Shown one piece after another: positions 23,473-36,780 of a stretch of 64,000 nucleotides of DNA; positions within the stretch are counted from its first letter, which is position 1, and each line of letters opens with the position of its first letter. The position numbers were made by a program, and so were the translations under genes. A model generated the notes under the pieces. That model searched no databases, had not been told where the DNA came from, and saw nothing but the letters and a program-made list of their open reading frames with translations. Source of the stretch: Hamiltosporidium tvaerminnensis FI-OER-3-3 (taxonomy: Eukaryota; Fungi; Microsporidia); contig CM061246.1 in the NCBI GenBank assembly GCA_022605425.2, positions 1,364,001-1,428,000 of the forward strand, in the 5' to 3' direction.

Positions 23473-24789
23473 TCAACCTTGAATATTATTCCTTTGTCTT
23501 TTTCTTGTATTAGGATCATATATATACTTAAGATCATTTTTACGCAAAGTAAAATCAGTTTCTATTAATTCAGCTTCTTTTGAAAATAATGACCGTTTAT
23601 ATTTTTGAAACATATCTTTACAGTGTGAAAAATCAAATTTAACTGAAATCGTATCAAAATGATCAAATATTTCAATAAATATTCTGGTAATTTGACTTTG
23701 ACTCAATTTATTCGAAAGATCTACAAGTTCCTGAATTTCGTCAGAAGAAAACCGTTTTGAATTTTTAGAAAGCATATTTTTAATAAGACATTCTCTTTCT
23801 GCTGTATTTGGTAATGCAAAATATATTTTATTACTGTGTCTTCTTAATATAGCCAGATCAATCTTAGATTGAAAATTTGTGATACTAAAAATAATAAGCT
23901 TGGTTTTTAAATCCGTACAAACACCGTCCATACCCATAAGAAATTGTGATCTTGAAGAAGAACCATGGTCTGTCTTTACATCTTCTCTTTTTGAAAGAAT
24001 AGAATCTGCTTCATCGATAACCATAATAGATACTTCGTGTCCTTTACTATCTTTAGCATCAACAAATAAAGCTTTAATTTCTTTTTCACTTTCACCTACC
24101 AAACTATGATTTACATTCGATGGATCAACTAGAATAAACCGGACTTTACTTTTTACCTTTTTTATTTTTTCTTCAAGTTCATCGTTTGTCCAGTCATCTA
24201 CAGTAGATTCTCCATGTTTTTCTCTTAATTCTTTAATTCTCAAATTTCTTTCTATGTGATAAGCAACTTTCTTAACAAATAAAGTTTTACCGGTACCAGG
24301 ATTTCCATACAAAATAAAATTTTTTATCGTTGGTGTAATTTTTTCTGCTAAATCACCATCAGAAAGTTCATCTATAAAATTAAGAATCCTAGTAATTCTT
24401 GCAGTTACACAATCTAAAATCTCATTTTTTCCATATAACTGAACATGCGCAAATTTCATAACATCGATAGTAGAATCCTTTTTATTCTTAAAAATATCAA
24501 AAAGTGAAGGTTTTATATGATATAAAGCAAATCCTATCATAACTAATGTCAATATAATACTTAAAATTGGAATTATAAGTTTTACTGGTTTGGTCTTTTC
24601 TCTAACCGCTTTTTGATTATTTGATACCGACATTCGTTTATTCACCAAATATTCTATCAAATTTAATGTTAAATTTTTATCCAACATTGTTCTTCCTCCC
24701 TTTTTTAATACAGAAATTGTTTCACTATTTATTTTTTGTATTTCTGGTGAAATTTCTATTTTTTTCTTTGAAGTTTCTAATTCTCTCAT
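23473..24789 (-). CDS. AAA+ ATPase with N-terminal transmembrane anchor
   Basis: Walker A GNPGTGKT, Walker B IMVIDEAD, pore-loop-like LVGESEK, SRH IDLAILRR, TM LIIPILSIILTLVMIGFALY; CCC upstream of ATG. Confidence 0.92.
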   Translation of the reverse strand: MRELETSKKKIEISPEIQKINSETISVLKKGGRTMLDKNLTLNLIEYLVNKRMSVSNNQKAVREKTKPVKLIIPILSIILTLVMIGFALYHIKPSLFDIFKNKKDSTIDVMKFAHVQLYGKNEILDCVTARITRILNFIDELSDGDLAEKITPTIKNFILYGNPGTGKTLFVKKVAYHIERNLRIKELREKHGESTVDDWTNDELEEKIKKVKSKVRFILVDPSNVNHSLVGESEKEIKALFVDAKDSKGHEVSIMVIDEADSILSKREDVKTDHGSSSRSQFLMGMDGVCTDLKTKLIIFSITNFQSKIDLAILRRHSNKIYFALPNTAERECLIKNMLSKNSKRFSSDEIQELVDLSNKLSQSQITRIFIEIFDHFDTISVKFDFSHCKDMFQKYKRSLFSKEAELIETDFTLRKNDLKYIYDPNTRKRQRNNIQG

Positions 24790-27700
24790 CTAAAAATTTA
24801 TGGGAAAAAAAACCAAAAAATAAGTATTTAATACATAATTTTTGAAAATATTCAATTTAAACTAATTATACGATGATTAACTAATTTACGTAAATAAAAG
24901 ACTAGAATATTCATAATAGTGCTTCTATAAAAGGTAGAAAATTTTACTTTAAATAATTTTTTTAATTATAATAAATTTCCTTAAATTTAAAATTAATTTG
25001 TCTAAAAAAGAGAAAGTTCATTTTAAAAGAAAAATTTACCGCAAATTTACTATTATTAAAATTTTACAATAAAATTTTCTTAACTTTTTTAGTTCGTTTT
25101 GCATTTTCTTTTTCTTTTTTTATTCCTATAAAAGTATTTTATAATATATGTAATTTTAAGTATCTTTTATTCAGACAGAAAAAAGGTAGAAGAAGACGTA
25201 TAAAAATGGTAAAAATATTGTAACCAAGAATTTTATTAAATATCTTTTATATTCAGACAGAAAAAAGGTAGAAGAAAACATATAAAAATGGTAAAAATAT
25301 TGTAACCAAGAATTTTATTAAATAAATATCCAGACAGACATAACTCATATTTAAATATTTATAATAAAAATACGTAATTTTAAGTATCTTTTATATTCAG
25401 ACAGAGATAACTCATATTTAAATATTTATAATAAAAATACGTATCTCAAAAAAAGAGATTAAAATTTCATATAAGATAGTTAAAAAAAATAAAGAGACTA
25501 CTTTTATTTTCATATTTTTGAAAAAACAGAAATTATTTTAAATATTAAAATATCAAAAAATTCATTTAATTTTATTCTATTCTTATTCAAATGGAAAAAA
25601 AACTTAAAATTTTTTCAGTGATTAGAATAGAAAAGAACCAAATCATTTTCTTAAATTTAGATTTATTTACTGATAAAATTAAATAACTTATAAACTCGTA
25701 TAATTATAGTTTTACAAAGTATTTTTACCAATTAAAAATAGTGACTAATATTATAGAATCTATTTGAAATTATACACTTAAATTTGTTTCTCTAAAAGCG
25801 AACATTTAATTTTTACAATTTTGGTTGATTAAAATTGTGATAAAATTATTACAAAATAGATGTCCTAAAAATTTTTAAATAAAAATTTCTGAAATATATT
25901 TTAGCCAAAAAATTGATTTTTATCTTTCAGCAGATAACTAATACATATTTATTGAATAACTTTTAATACTATAGAACCTATTTATACAATGTATTCATTG
26001 AAATCCAGATTCATTTTATATTGTTTAATTAATTTTGTAGTTATAAGTTAAATTTTTTTTAGAAAGATTTCATAGAATTAAATACACAACAACCAACATT
26101 ACTTAAATAGCAATTCAATAATATTTAATCGACTCATTTACTTTAATAAAATATTCTTTTGTGGTATTTTATATTAAAAATAATATAGAATCTATATGTT
26201 AAAGATTTATATTCGTGTCGTGTTAAGTTTTGAAAAAAAATAAAAAAATATTCTATTAATAGATTTACCTCTGTTATATTTAAAAGTCAATGATATTTTG
26301 TAATTAATTTAATAATTTACCTTTTCTGTAATATTTTGATATTTTAAAATTTTATAAGTAGAATTATAAATTAAATCGAATTCTTGCTAGTGTTTATATT
26401 TCCATTCAACTTTTTGATATATTAAAATGATTATTTTTTAATATTTTAATCTTTAATGGATTAAGTTTAAATCTAAAAATTTACAAATTTGCTGAAAAAC
26501 AGATTTACTATGAACATTTTTTTAATACCAAAATAAGTTACATTTGAAACTAAAAATTTACAAATTTGCTGAAAAACAGATTTACTATGAACATTTTTTT
26601 AGTACCAAAAAAAGTTACATTTGAAATAAATAATTTCTTATACCGCTTTTCTATCAGTTAAAATAAATATTTTGCACGATTTTTGATTTAATTTTTAAGA
26701 TATATTTTGTGATTGTTAACTGATTTTTTAAGAGAAGATTAAAAATTTAGATTTATAATTTTAAATAAAAATTTCTTTGCAAATGTCATGTAAAAGCATT
26801 TTGTGGTTTGGAGAATCATTATAATATCTTTTCTCGATTTTATTTATTTTCAGATTTCATGATTCGTACTTTTTTATGTGACAAAATAACTTTTAGAAGT
26901 TGCTTTGAACGCAATAACTTGATATTTAATACTATTTAAAGGTGCAATGAAATTTTTTTAGGAATGATTCTTGAAACTCGGTATACCTTTTGATTTTAAC
27001 CGCAAAAAAAAAATCATTAGTCGAAATTTGTAAAATAGACTATTTTAATATACTCGTGCATCTTTCTATTTTTGCATTTCACTGAATTTGAACAAGTTTA
27101 AACCAAGGAGGAAAGTACATTTCTATCTTACATACGTCATCGAATATAAATTTCCAATCTAAAATAATTATGAAGGATCTATTGATTGAAACGCCGAAGC
27201 CTGTATTATTGATTTATTTCTAACTTATACATACTGAATAAAAATAATTTCTATTTGGTTTTGAAATTAAAACTATATTTTTAGGAATAATAGATCTATT
27301 TATTTGTTAAACGTTTTAAAAACGATTATAGTTATGATTTTTAAAATTTATTTAATAATTGAATAAATTTAAATTCATTCTTCTTAATACCAACTTTGTT
27401 CAAAGTTAACAGTTGTATATCCAAATACGTTAATCTTTGGATATTGAAAATACAAAAACAAAATAATAATATTAATTAATGAAACGATTCAGAAAAATCA
27501 CCAATACCGAATATTCAAATTTCTATATAAACTTTTATTGTATTATTTTATAGACTATTAGTCGAAAACCTTTTTGATCAGTTTTAAACTTTTATTTATC
27601 TAATCGAATCATACTTCAATTTTATGAAATGAATCTGTTTAATAAATAGTTATGTTGAATTATCAAAATCTTTTTTTAAAGTTTTTACATTTTAGTCTGA

Positions 27701-29039
27701 TAATTGTTTATTTAAAATTTACAAATTATTGGAAACATAAGCAAATGCTTGATTTAAAATCATACAGGTCAACATATATGAATTTAATCTAATCCTGTTA
27801 TATAATGACATTTTTTTTGCACAGATAATATAAAATATTTCATACTGTTGGTTTTTTAATATAATATAGCAAATTAAATTTAGAGAAAATATTCTAATAA
27901 AAATATTAAGTTTTAGATTTAAATGTTTCAGAACAAATATACCAAAAGTACAAATTAACACGTAAAGTAGTATTTTTAAAGCAGGAGTTTAATTTATCAT
28001 AATTTCGGCTGGAATTTAACAATATATCCGAAAACGAACCAGAAACCAAAGATTTTTTTCTACAATATTAAAATCAAATATTGGATGTATATTTAAAATG
28101 CAAACGCACAAGACATTAAAATTTTATTTCTAAAAGTTGTTCTTTCGTAACATTGGCTCAAAACCCCAAAAAAAGAATTTAAGATCTAGAAAAATGCAGA
28201 AAAAATACGATGTGATTTAAGTCGTTTTATTTGTAAATTAGACAAAAATATTTGAACTATATGGTAATTGGATTAGGAATATAAAAAAAAGTTGAATTAT
28301 AGCGAAAACACAAAAATCTTTTAATAATTCATGGAAAAGATTAGACATTGGTCACAAAACAAGGAATAGGGATATTCTATGGCATATATTCGTGCTTAAA
28401 GGGCACACTACGTTTAATTTACAAATTTGAATTCAAATAAATAAATAAATATATAAAGAGAAACGAAATTTATAAATAAAGAATTTGTTTCGGTCTTTAA
28501 AAAAATCATGAAATCATTATATTTTTAATACCATTTGAGTCGATAAGTATTTTATAATTATACTAAATATTGAACTAAAGAAATGGTATCTTAAGTAAAA
28601 TTATGCGGGTTTAATAGATAAATTTAACATTAAAAAGCATAATTTCTATATAAAGTTTACTTTCATAAGTAATTATTACTTTTTAATGAAATTATCCATC
28701 CCAAAGAATTTTATTAAATAAACTTTGCAATCTGGCTTATTTGAAAATATAATAGGAAATATATCTGTAATCAAAACCGGAATAATATTCTTGTTTAAAA
28801 TTTGAATACCGATATCTTGGAGATATCTGTACACGAATTTAGTCAATAAACTGTAAGAACGTTTCTGAATTAAAAAATGTTCAGTATGAATAAACCATAA
28901 TTATTATTAATCTCTTTTAGAAAAAAATGTACTTTTTGTTTAAATCAAATAATAGACAAAAAAATTTTTGATTGGAATATTTTCTATTGGTTTGTTAGAA
29001 TCATTTGATTAGACTTTAATCGTAATATAGTGTTTGGTA

Positions 29040-30420
29040 TACTCCAGAAATATTATTTTAAATTTTATACTAATGCGATATTCATACTAAACTACCAAAT
29101 AGGTGTACTTCGACATAAACCGACTGACTTCTCAACTTTAAATGATGCAGCATGTTTAGGATTAGTAGGAAATATAATATATATACACCCAGGAAGTAAA
29201 GAACGTTTGTAGATTATATGTAAAGGCTTATAAGAGGGTTATATAGTGTTTAATTGAAAAGCAAATGGATTCCAATGCAACTCTTAGTGTCTAAAAAAAG
29301 CTTAATATACATCGACCAGAAGATCAGCAATTCCAAAAGTGCAGGACAATAACAAAATTAGCTTTGCACTAATAAAAACTTATTAAAAACAAAATACTGG
29401 TGCGAAGAGGAAGCTGAAAGAAAAAGCACCCTTAGTTAACCTACATAACAGAATCGAAAACCTAAAACAACACACAAAGTAAATAATTCTAGAGATAACG
29501 AGCTGGTAGATGTAAATGACTCCTCAATATTGACAAAAAAAAGAATATTTAAGACAGTGTGATGAAGCAGTGTTCTGCTATATCCAGGATAGAAATGTAT
29601 TCTGGTGTACAGAAGGTGTGTATCAATACTGCAACACGTATAGAAAAACAGTAGACTATTTAAAATGAAAGGAAAAAAAATCCGGGCACTACTATACTAA
29701 ACTATATAATGAGGGGGTAAGATGCAAACCTGGTTTGTTACTAAATAGATATCATTTTGGGTCTTCAAACCGTATTGGAAGTCATTCCTATAAGAAATTA
29801 GATAACGAGTATACAGAGATAAGAGTAGACATCAGACTAAAAATCGATCTCAAACCTTGGAATAATAGGACATATATATTTATTTGGGATAAGAGCCAAA
29901 ATAATATAAACCTCATTTAAGTATAAATCTCTTTTCAAGACTCTCTTAAAATAGTTTAAACAGAGAAGCCTAGGAAGATTCAGTTATCAGCAAATAAATT
30001 TATACTTATTTATAAATGTATTCTTGAGATAATCTCATATTTATTATCTGAGACGGTATTGTGACAAAATATCATAATTCATACCTCAAAAGACTACAAA
30101 CACCCATGAATATAGAGACTCACGCGCTCATTCGAGATTACTCAAGAAGACTGTCGAAATGATTTCGTGCGATCGACGAAGAGAGTAAGAGAGAGCGCCA
30201 TTAGGCGTTATTAAACAAGTTGAGATGCATAAACGACCAGTACCACTTTTGAAAGAAGTTTATAACGAGGAAAATAGTTTTAAAAAGACCAAATACAAAA
30301 AAAATATTTATCTCTTGATGTTTTAGATAGCTTATTCCTAGTAGAAAACCAGCAATAAAATGTTAATGAAAAGTGGAATCAGAGGAGGGCGTGGAGTGGT
30401 TGAGATATTAGAAGAAATAA
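29040..30420 (+). mobile_element. Decayed R4/Dong-like retrotransposon
   Basis: IHPGSKERL, gtgttctgctatatccaggatagaaatgtattctgg and EIRVDIRLKIDLKPWNNR match the other copies. Confidence 0.85.
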
Positions 30421-31027
30421 TATAAAAGAGATAAAGTTTATTAACTTGAATTTTATTGAATAAAATCTAATAAACTTAGTAAACCTCATTCTGAAACATA
30501 AGTTTGAGTTTTTATAAATGAACTACAAAAAAAAGTTTAAGCTTTTCATATATTTCTAGAACTTTATATTCTTTGAACAGTTGACCTTAAAAAAAGTTTT
30601 CTAGATTCCAAAAAAATTACAAGGAGATTTTGCGGATTCTTCGAAGCAATTTGATTTAAAAATATTTTCGATTTTTTTACTAATTTATATATGATAGATT
30701 TATACTTATTTTTACATTTGCAAATCTCTTTTTTATATTGTAATTTATCTGGTTTTTTTATTTGTACAGTATACACACAAGTAGGGTAGTTCTTTTGAAA
30801 TATTAGAAATTTTAAATAAACAAAAGTGAATTTTTTGACTTTAAAACTTGAATTTTCACTGTGGAACACGTAGATTATACTTATTACTTAAATATACTTG
30901 AATATGTTATGTTATAAGATTTCGTTTGGATTCAAAGATTTAAAGAAAAACTTGGTTTGTGTTAAATTTTTGTAAGTTGTTATCTGGGCATCATTTGTAC
31001 TATCGAAATTATATTTTTTTACCTTAA

Positions 31028-31727
31028 GGTAGAGTGAGGATAAATACATAAAAAACTACCTGTTTGCCAATAAAAAGGTGGAATTGATCTATGAAATATT
31101 CTTTGAATTTGTCTAGGAATAAAACCACACTACATTTTCGGTTGTTGTATGAAAGATTGTAGGAAGAAAAGTCTACGAAAAAGCGATTGGTTTTCCGCAA
31201 ATCTATTTTGAGTTTTTTTTGTAACTGGATAGCAGACCGCAGCTAGACTTGTAGATAATTTTTATGTGAAACCATAGAAACCTGGTCTTACTCACTCGTG
31301 TTCGAAGACTAAGCGCTTAAGAGATAAAAAACCTTTAAATCCAGAAGAGTTTAATAGCAGGTTATATCTGTTGGTATGGCATTGCACTGTCTAACTGGAC
31401 CCCATGTAAGTCTTCGAAATATATCTTAGCAATGCTTGTTGGGTTTGGAAAGTGGAAAGTAAATGAAAGCGCCGCATAGTCTTGGGAGAGCCCAGGGTGG
31501 GTTTGACATATACTCACACCTCATGCAATGAACTTTAGCGAACCCCAGGCAACTTTCTTGCTCATTGATTGTATTTACACACCTCTTAGATATAATGATT
31601 AGGAATATGGGTATTTTAAGGAGTGCGGATAGAGTATTGCTGTGCAGTTATTTATGTTAAGCCTAGAACTGCGTAAATGTCATTACAACAATATTTCACT
31701 TGCCCCTGTTTTGAAAAGATGTGATGA
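31028..31727 (+). repeat. Family A structured non-coding repeat, copy 2
   Basis: Colinear with the other copies; GGCATTGCACTGTC at 31378-31391. Confidence 0.9.
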
Positions 31728-31962
31728 TTCAAATTAAAAAATTAATTTAACACATCGAAATCGAATCTTAGCCTAGCTGATAATTTTCAAAAGAGTAATG
31801 GGTTTAAAGTCTAGCGGAATATCAAAAAGTAAAAATTTCAAGAATTAGAACTGTATGGAAATAAAATTAAAAAATAAAATAGATTTTAAGATGCAATTTT
31901 ATTTAATTGATAAAAAAATTTCTATATATCTTTTTTATGATGATTATCTATGATCTTGCATA

Positions 31963-33963
31963 CTACATTATCGATATAACCAACGCCTCGTTTTTCAATA
32001 TAATCCAGGAATAAAATATCTTTCGACAATATTTTTTTTCTAAATAACTTAAAGTGCGTTCTAATTCCATAAATTCCTTCAACTTTGCGTTCAAATACGC
32101 TTCTGCATTTTCTGCAGTATTGTTCATACATGTTTTTTTATGAAGGTCTTTTATTTTTTTTGTTTCTCGATCCAAAATATTTCTTATATTGGGATAAATT
32201 TTATAGCCATTAATAATAGTTAAAACTTTCTCATAATATATAGGTAAACAGTAATAATTATAAAAAAGATCAGTCAATTTTTTTTGAAAAAACATTTCTA
32301 CATTTTCAGTTTTATTTTCGGTATATATATTATTTATATCTTGAATCAATTCCGCTAAAAAATTATTATTAGGTTTTGAGTCGGGATCGAATAGAAATCT
32401 AAAAATATACCGTAATTTTAGCATACAAGGCAATCTTCTAAAATATGAGCGCTTATTTCGAACTAATGTTGAAAAATAATTTATCATGTTTAAAATTCTG
32501 TATATTTCTACCTTATTGAATTCATTTTGGAATAAAATATATAATTCCGCAAGTAATTTTCTTAAAAAGAAAATTCTTCTATTCATTAGAATTTTTGCCT
32601 CGTTATTTTCTTCCTTTGTTTTATTTTTATTAGCATTTATATTGTTTTCGAAAATCAGATTTGCTAAAATCTTGATTATTTTACAATAATAATCTACCAA
32701 TAATGCATGGCCTTTTAAAATAATGCTGTTGTCATTCTTTTCAAATGAATTTAAAAGATATTTTATTTCTGGAACAATGAAATGAATTTTGGTGTTTTTA
32801 AGTTCATGCGAATAATTAATTAAATTAAATCCTTGGGCCTTTTGCATTTCATCGGATGTTCTTGGATTCAAATAAGAATTAGCCTCAAATTTAACAAGCC
32901 TTTTACCATGCTCTACAATTTCTTCGAAGTCTTCATTTGTCTTGAGTTCCTTAGTAAAAAACCTTTCGTTTTCTTTCTGAAGATTAGATAAAATTTCAGG
33001 CTCACCCAAATCAACACCTGTTGAATTATCTTGTTTATTAAGTTTCCCCCCTAGTTCTTCTTGAATAATTAAACTTAGTTCGTTTTGTAAGGTGTTAGAG
33101 ACTTTGTTTGTCATTTCTATAACAAATTTTTTAATAACTATATCTCGGTTTTGTGTCTTAATATTATTATATGGCCATCTTGAATCGTATACATTTGAAA
33201 AATCCATCCCCTGGTCATGTTTTCTTTGAGTATGATTGACTTGTAATGAACTATTATTTTTGTCGAAATCCGACTCAATTTCTCCATTGGGTTCCGAATC
33301 ATTGTTTTCTATTTCGGAACAGAATCCTTGTGCTTCATTTATACACGGAGTTTCATCATCAAAAGAATGTTCTTTAATATTTTCTAAAAATGAATTTTCT
33401 GATCTAATAGAAATATCAAAGTAGAAAATTTGCTTTTCCGATGTACTTTGCGTCCTGGATTCAGTTTTAGTTGATTCTAGATTTTCGTAATCATAAAATT
33501 GTTTTGGAAAACCCGTTTTGAATGACGGTAATTTGGTCTGTGAAGAACTTTGATCATTGTTTAACGGCTCATGACCAAAACTAAATACTTCAGAAGCTTT
33601 ATGTTCAAAGTTGATTTCCGGATTTTTTGCGAATAGATTATTTATCTGAATAAAAGGGATTTGAGAAATTGCTGTTGATTTTTCTTCTTCTATTTGTTCT
33701 GGATCGCCTTTGGTTCTATCATTGACTTCTTTGCTTTTGTTTGATCGTTTTAATGCATCATTTTTCTGAAATAATTTTATGTCTTTAGCTGCTAACGAAA
33801 AAATATTCCCAACATCACAATGATTTGGATTATTTTTCCTGTTTTTTTGATTCGGATGTTCGAATTCGACATGTCGTGAGTCTGATTTTTTACATTTTTT
33901 TGGAATAGGAGATGCTTCGGCATTACTAAAAAAAATATGCATGATATGAAACAAAAAAAACAT
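31963..33963 (-). CDS. Hypothetical secreted protein with NLS-like PIPKKCKK after the signal peptide
   Basis: 666-aa ORF starting MFFLFHIMHIFFSNAEA; TTACCCATAAATATG start context. Confidence 0.85.
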   Translation of the reverse strand: MFFLFHIMHIFFSNAEASPIPKKCKKSDSRHVEFEHPNQKNRKNNPNHCDVGNIFSLAAKDIKLFQKNDALKRSNKSKEVNDRTKGDPEQIEEEKSTAISQIPFIQINNLFAKNPEINFEHKASEVFSFGHEPLNNDQSSSQTKLPSFKTGFPKQFYDYENLESTKTESRTQSTSEKQIFYFDISIRSENSFLENIKEHSFDDETPCINEAQGFCSEIENNDSEPNGEIESDFDKNNSSLQVNHTQRKHDQGMDFSNVYDSRWPYNNIKTQNRDIVIKKFVIEMTNKVSNTLQNELSLIIQEELGGKLNKQDNSTGVDLGEPEILSNLQKENERFFTKELKTNEDFEEIVEHGKRLVKFEANSYLNPRTSDEMQKAQGFNLINYSHELKNTKIHFIVPEIKYLLNSFEKNDNSIILKGHALLVDYYCKIIKILANLIFENNINANKNKTKEENNEAKILMNRRIFFLRKLLAELYILFQNEFNKVEIYRILNMINYFSTLVRNKRSYFRRLPCMLKLRYIFRFLFDPDSKPNNNFLAELIQDINNIYTENKTENVEMFFQKKLTDLFYNYYCLPIYYEKVLTIINGYKIYPNIRNILDRETKKIKDLHKKTCMNNTAENAEAYLNAKLKEFMELERTLSYLEKKYCRKIFYSWIILKNEALVISIM

Positions 33964-34539
33964 ATTTATGGGTAATTTTTTGCTATCTAATATATTTAGT
34001 TCTTCTCTAAAAAAATCCGATATATCTGATATAAATCTTATAGTTGTGGTTTTATTTCTAAAACTTGAACAATATTACAGAAAAAAAACCATATTTACAT
34101 TATTTTTATGGTTTTTTCTTCGAAGATCGATCTAATGATTATGAAAATTATTTTATCTTAACTTACTATGGCTCAATTATAGCATTTTAAAGAAAAAAAG
34201 AGACGGTATATCACGATGGCATATACTAAAGCTATTTTTTTACTTGCAGCTTCGAACCTATCTTCTTTAAATTCTTAAAAAAAGCAAATTACAAAACTTA
34301 GCAAAATATCTACAAAATATATGTTTAATTAACAAAATGAACATTAAAGTGTGAATATAACAGTAATTAGGTGTAGTTTATGTACTATTCTTTAATATTA
34401 ACTCGCTTTCGTTCGGTACTTCAACTATAAAAAAAAGAAAAGAAAATAACAGTAAAAATGCTTTAAATAATTTTTATCAATTGATTGCTTGAATTTTAAA
34501 CCAATATATTCCTGAATTAAAATCATTTTCACAGTTTTA

Positions 34540-36780
34540 GGTGTTTTTTTCTACTTCCTGGACATCCACTCTTTCTTCTTCTAAATTCGAATCTTCATTT
34601 ATCTTTATCGTAGGTTCTTTTACTGTGGTTCTCCGTCTAAAATAAGCGGGGAATTATATTTTTTTTAACATGTCTAACAACATATTGTTCGAAATCCACT
34701 CTTTTAAAAAGCGGGGTAGTTTCGCTTGTATCCCAGATCAACAGAAACACCCATTGGCGCTCTTCCCGGCTCTCTTCGGCACTTGGTATTGACTCAAGCC
34801 CGCTTCGTACATCGAGAGTAATTATTTCGACCGTTTTCTCAAGTACTATGGACTGAATGTATATCTCTACATTAGGGGTATTCGCAGTCTTTTTAAGTGT
34901 GACTTATGGTATTTTGTCACAATATCTTCCCAATTCATCACATACGGGATTATATCAAAACTAGACTTTATCAATAAAACACAGCTCATTGGATAGCAGT
35001 TCATACTTCTTAAGTTTTTAAGCTTTCACTATTTGAAGTGAATCTTGCATCAATGATTGTTATCTTATTCTTTTTCATATCTAAAATAAATATGTCGGGT
35101 CTATTATTCAGAATCTTGAGATAAGTTTTTATTCTGATATCTACTCTTATCTCCGCATCTTCGTTTTCAATAATTCCTTCCCCCGTTGAATTCGAACCGT
35201 TTGAAGACTTAAACTTATATATATTTAAGAAAGTGGGTGTAGGCATCTAACCACTTTATGATGCAGTCTGGTATAGTCACGACCTAGCATTTTCTCACAT
35301 CGAGCTGCTAGATGATATACTCTTTTCCTAGACTGGTTGCAGTGTTGATACGCATCTTCTGCATTCCAGAATACATTTCTTTCCTGGATATAGCAGAATA
35401 CTGCTTCATTAGCGCCTAATCTCCCCTTTATTCAGCCATTTTGAAGAGTCACAAACACTTACAAGTCGATTTTTTCTTGCATTATATAACTTTCTGTGAA
35501 GTTTATTTTTCCTATTTCGTTATATAATTTTGCAAGTTGAGCTTCTTCTAAATTCTTCTGCGAGACTTCTTCTACCGGCCATTAATTTACTTTTAAGAAG
35601 CTTTTTATTAGTGGAAGATGGGTTTTATTATTATTCCCCAGTTTGAGGATTGCTGATCTTCTAGTTCATATTTCTTTACTTTTTTCCAGACAATTCGAGA
35701 GTTACAGAAGCCCATATTTGCTTCATACCTTAACACTATGAAAACCTCTTCCAATTTCAATCCTAGGAAGGTACAAACTCTCTTTGCACCCTGATCGATG
35801 ATGTATCTTATTATTCACCAACACCGCACGTACGGCAACATCTAACTTAGAAAAGTCGGCCGATTTAAGACGAATTACATTCAAGTGGTAGTTGTTTAAA
35901 AATGTCGAATGTTACTTAATTGCAGAAAATAAATTTTTTGCATTCAATTTTGGGCCCAAAGTTTTTTAACTCTTGATATGATTTGCTTTGTACTTCATCA
36001 AACGAATTTCTTGTTGGGATTTCTCTGCTATCTTCTATTATTTCAATATATTTATAAACACCTATACCTTCAAGAGGAGTAGCAGTATCTTCAAAACACG
36101 GATCAATTATGGCTGACTTCCTTTTTTTATTCCTAATCCCATATTATTCATAAATTTCTTAATCTCCACCGACATCTCTTCCAATGTTTGACTATCCTTG
36201 GTAAAGAGCTTAAGATGATCAAGTAACAAGAGATGGTTGGTGGTGTGAGAATCTGCATCTGTTTGTACTGTCACTATTGTGTATTTTTCATTAAGCTTTA
36301 GGCTTAATGGATCCATACACAACACAAACAAATGGTTACAAACTATCTCCTTGCAGAATCTCTCTCTCAATATTCTTTCCCATGATTTTTTCAGGTCTTA
36401 CTGATATCTAAATTTTTCATTTTGATATAATTACCTTAATAAATTATAAGAATCAAATCAGGTAAATTAAGGTTTCCATACATTGAGTCAAATTTGCATT
36501 ATATTGAATCAAAAGCTTTTTTGACATGAATCCACGTTGCTTTAAGATTGTTTTCATACTCTTTATTAAGAACGATACATAGTAGAGCTTGCTCTTTCGC
36601 TTTTTGCACACCAATTACCGCCCCTAATTGCTTCTCTGCAAGTAATCCTCGCCTTTCCACTTCAACTTGAACGACTTTTGTTACGCACTATGACGTTAAC
36701 TTATAAAGGTTGGGCCTAGAAGTGATTGGCTTGTAGTCAGAGGAGCCTCTTTGTGGAATTCTTTTCGGTTAAAATACGTA
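34540..36780 (-). mobile_element. Longest decayed R4/Dong-like copy (RT domains through RLE)
   Basis: YKPITS-like start near 36740, LFVLCMDPLS, TNHLLLLDHLKLF (YMDD region), KYIEI, NRPDIFILD; many stops and frameshifts. Confidence 0.9.

Noticed and set aside
24900-29000. Long AT-rich stretch with short ORFs and 60-70-bp duplications
   Set aside because: No coding signal or recognisable structure beyond local tandem duplications.
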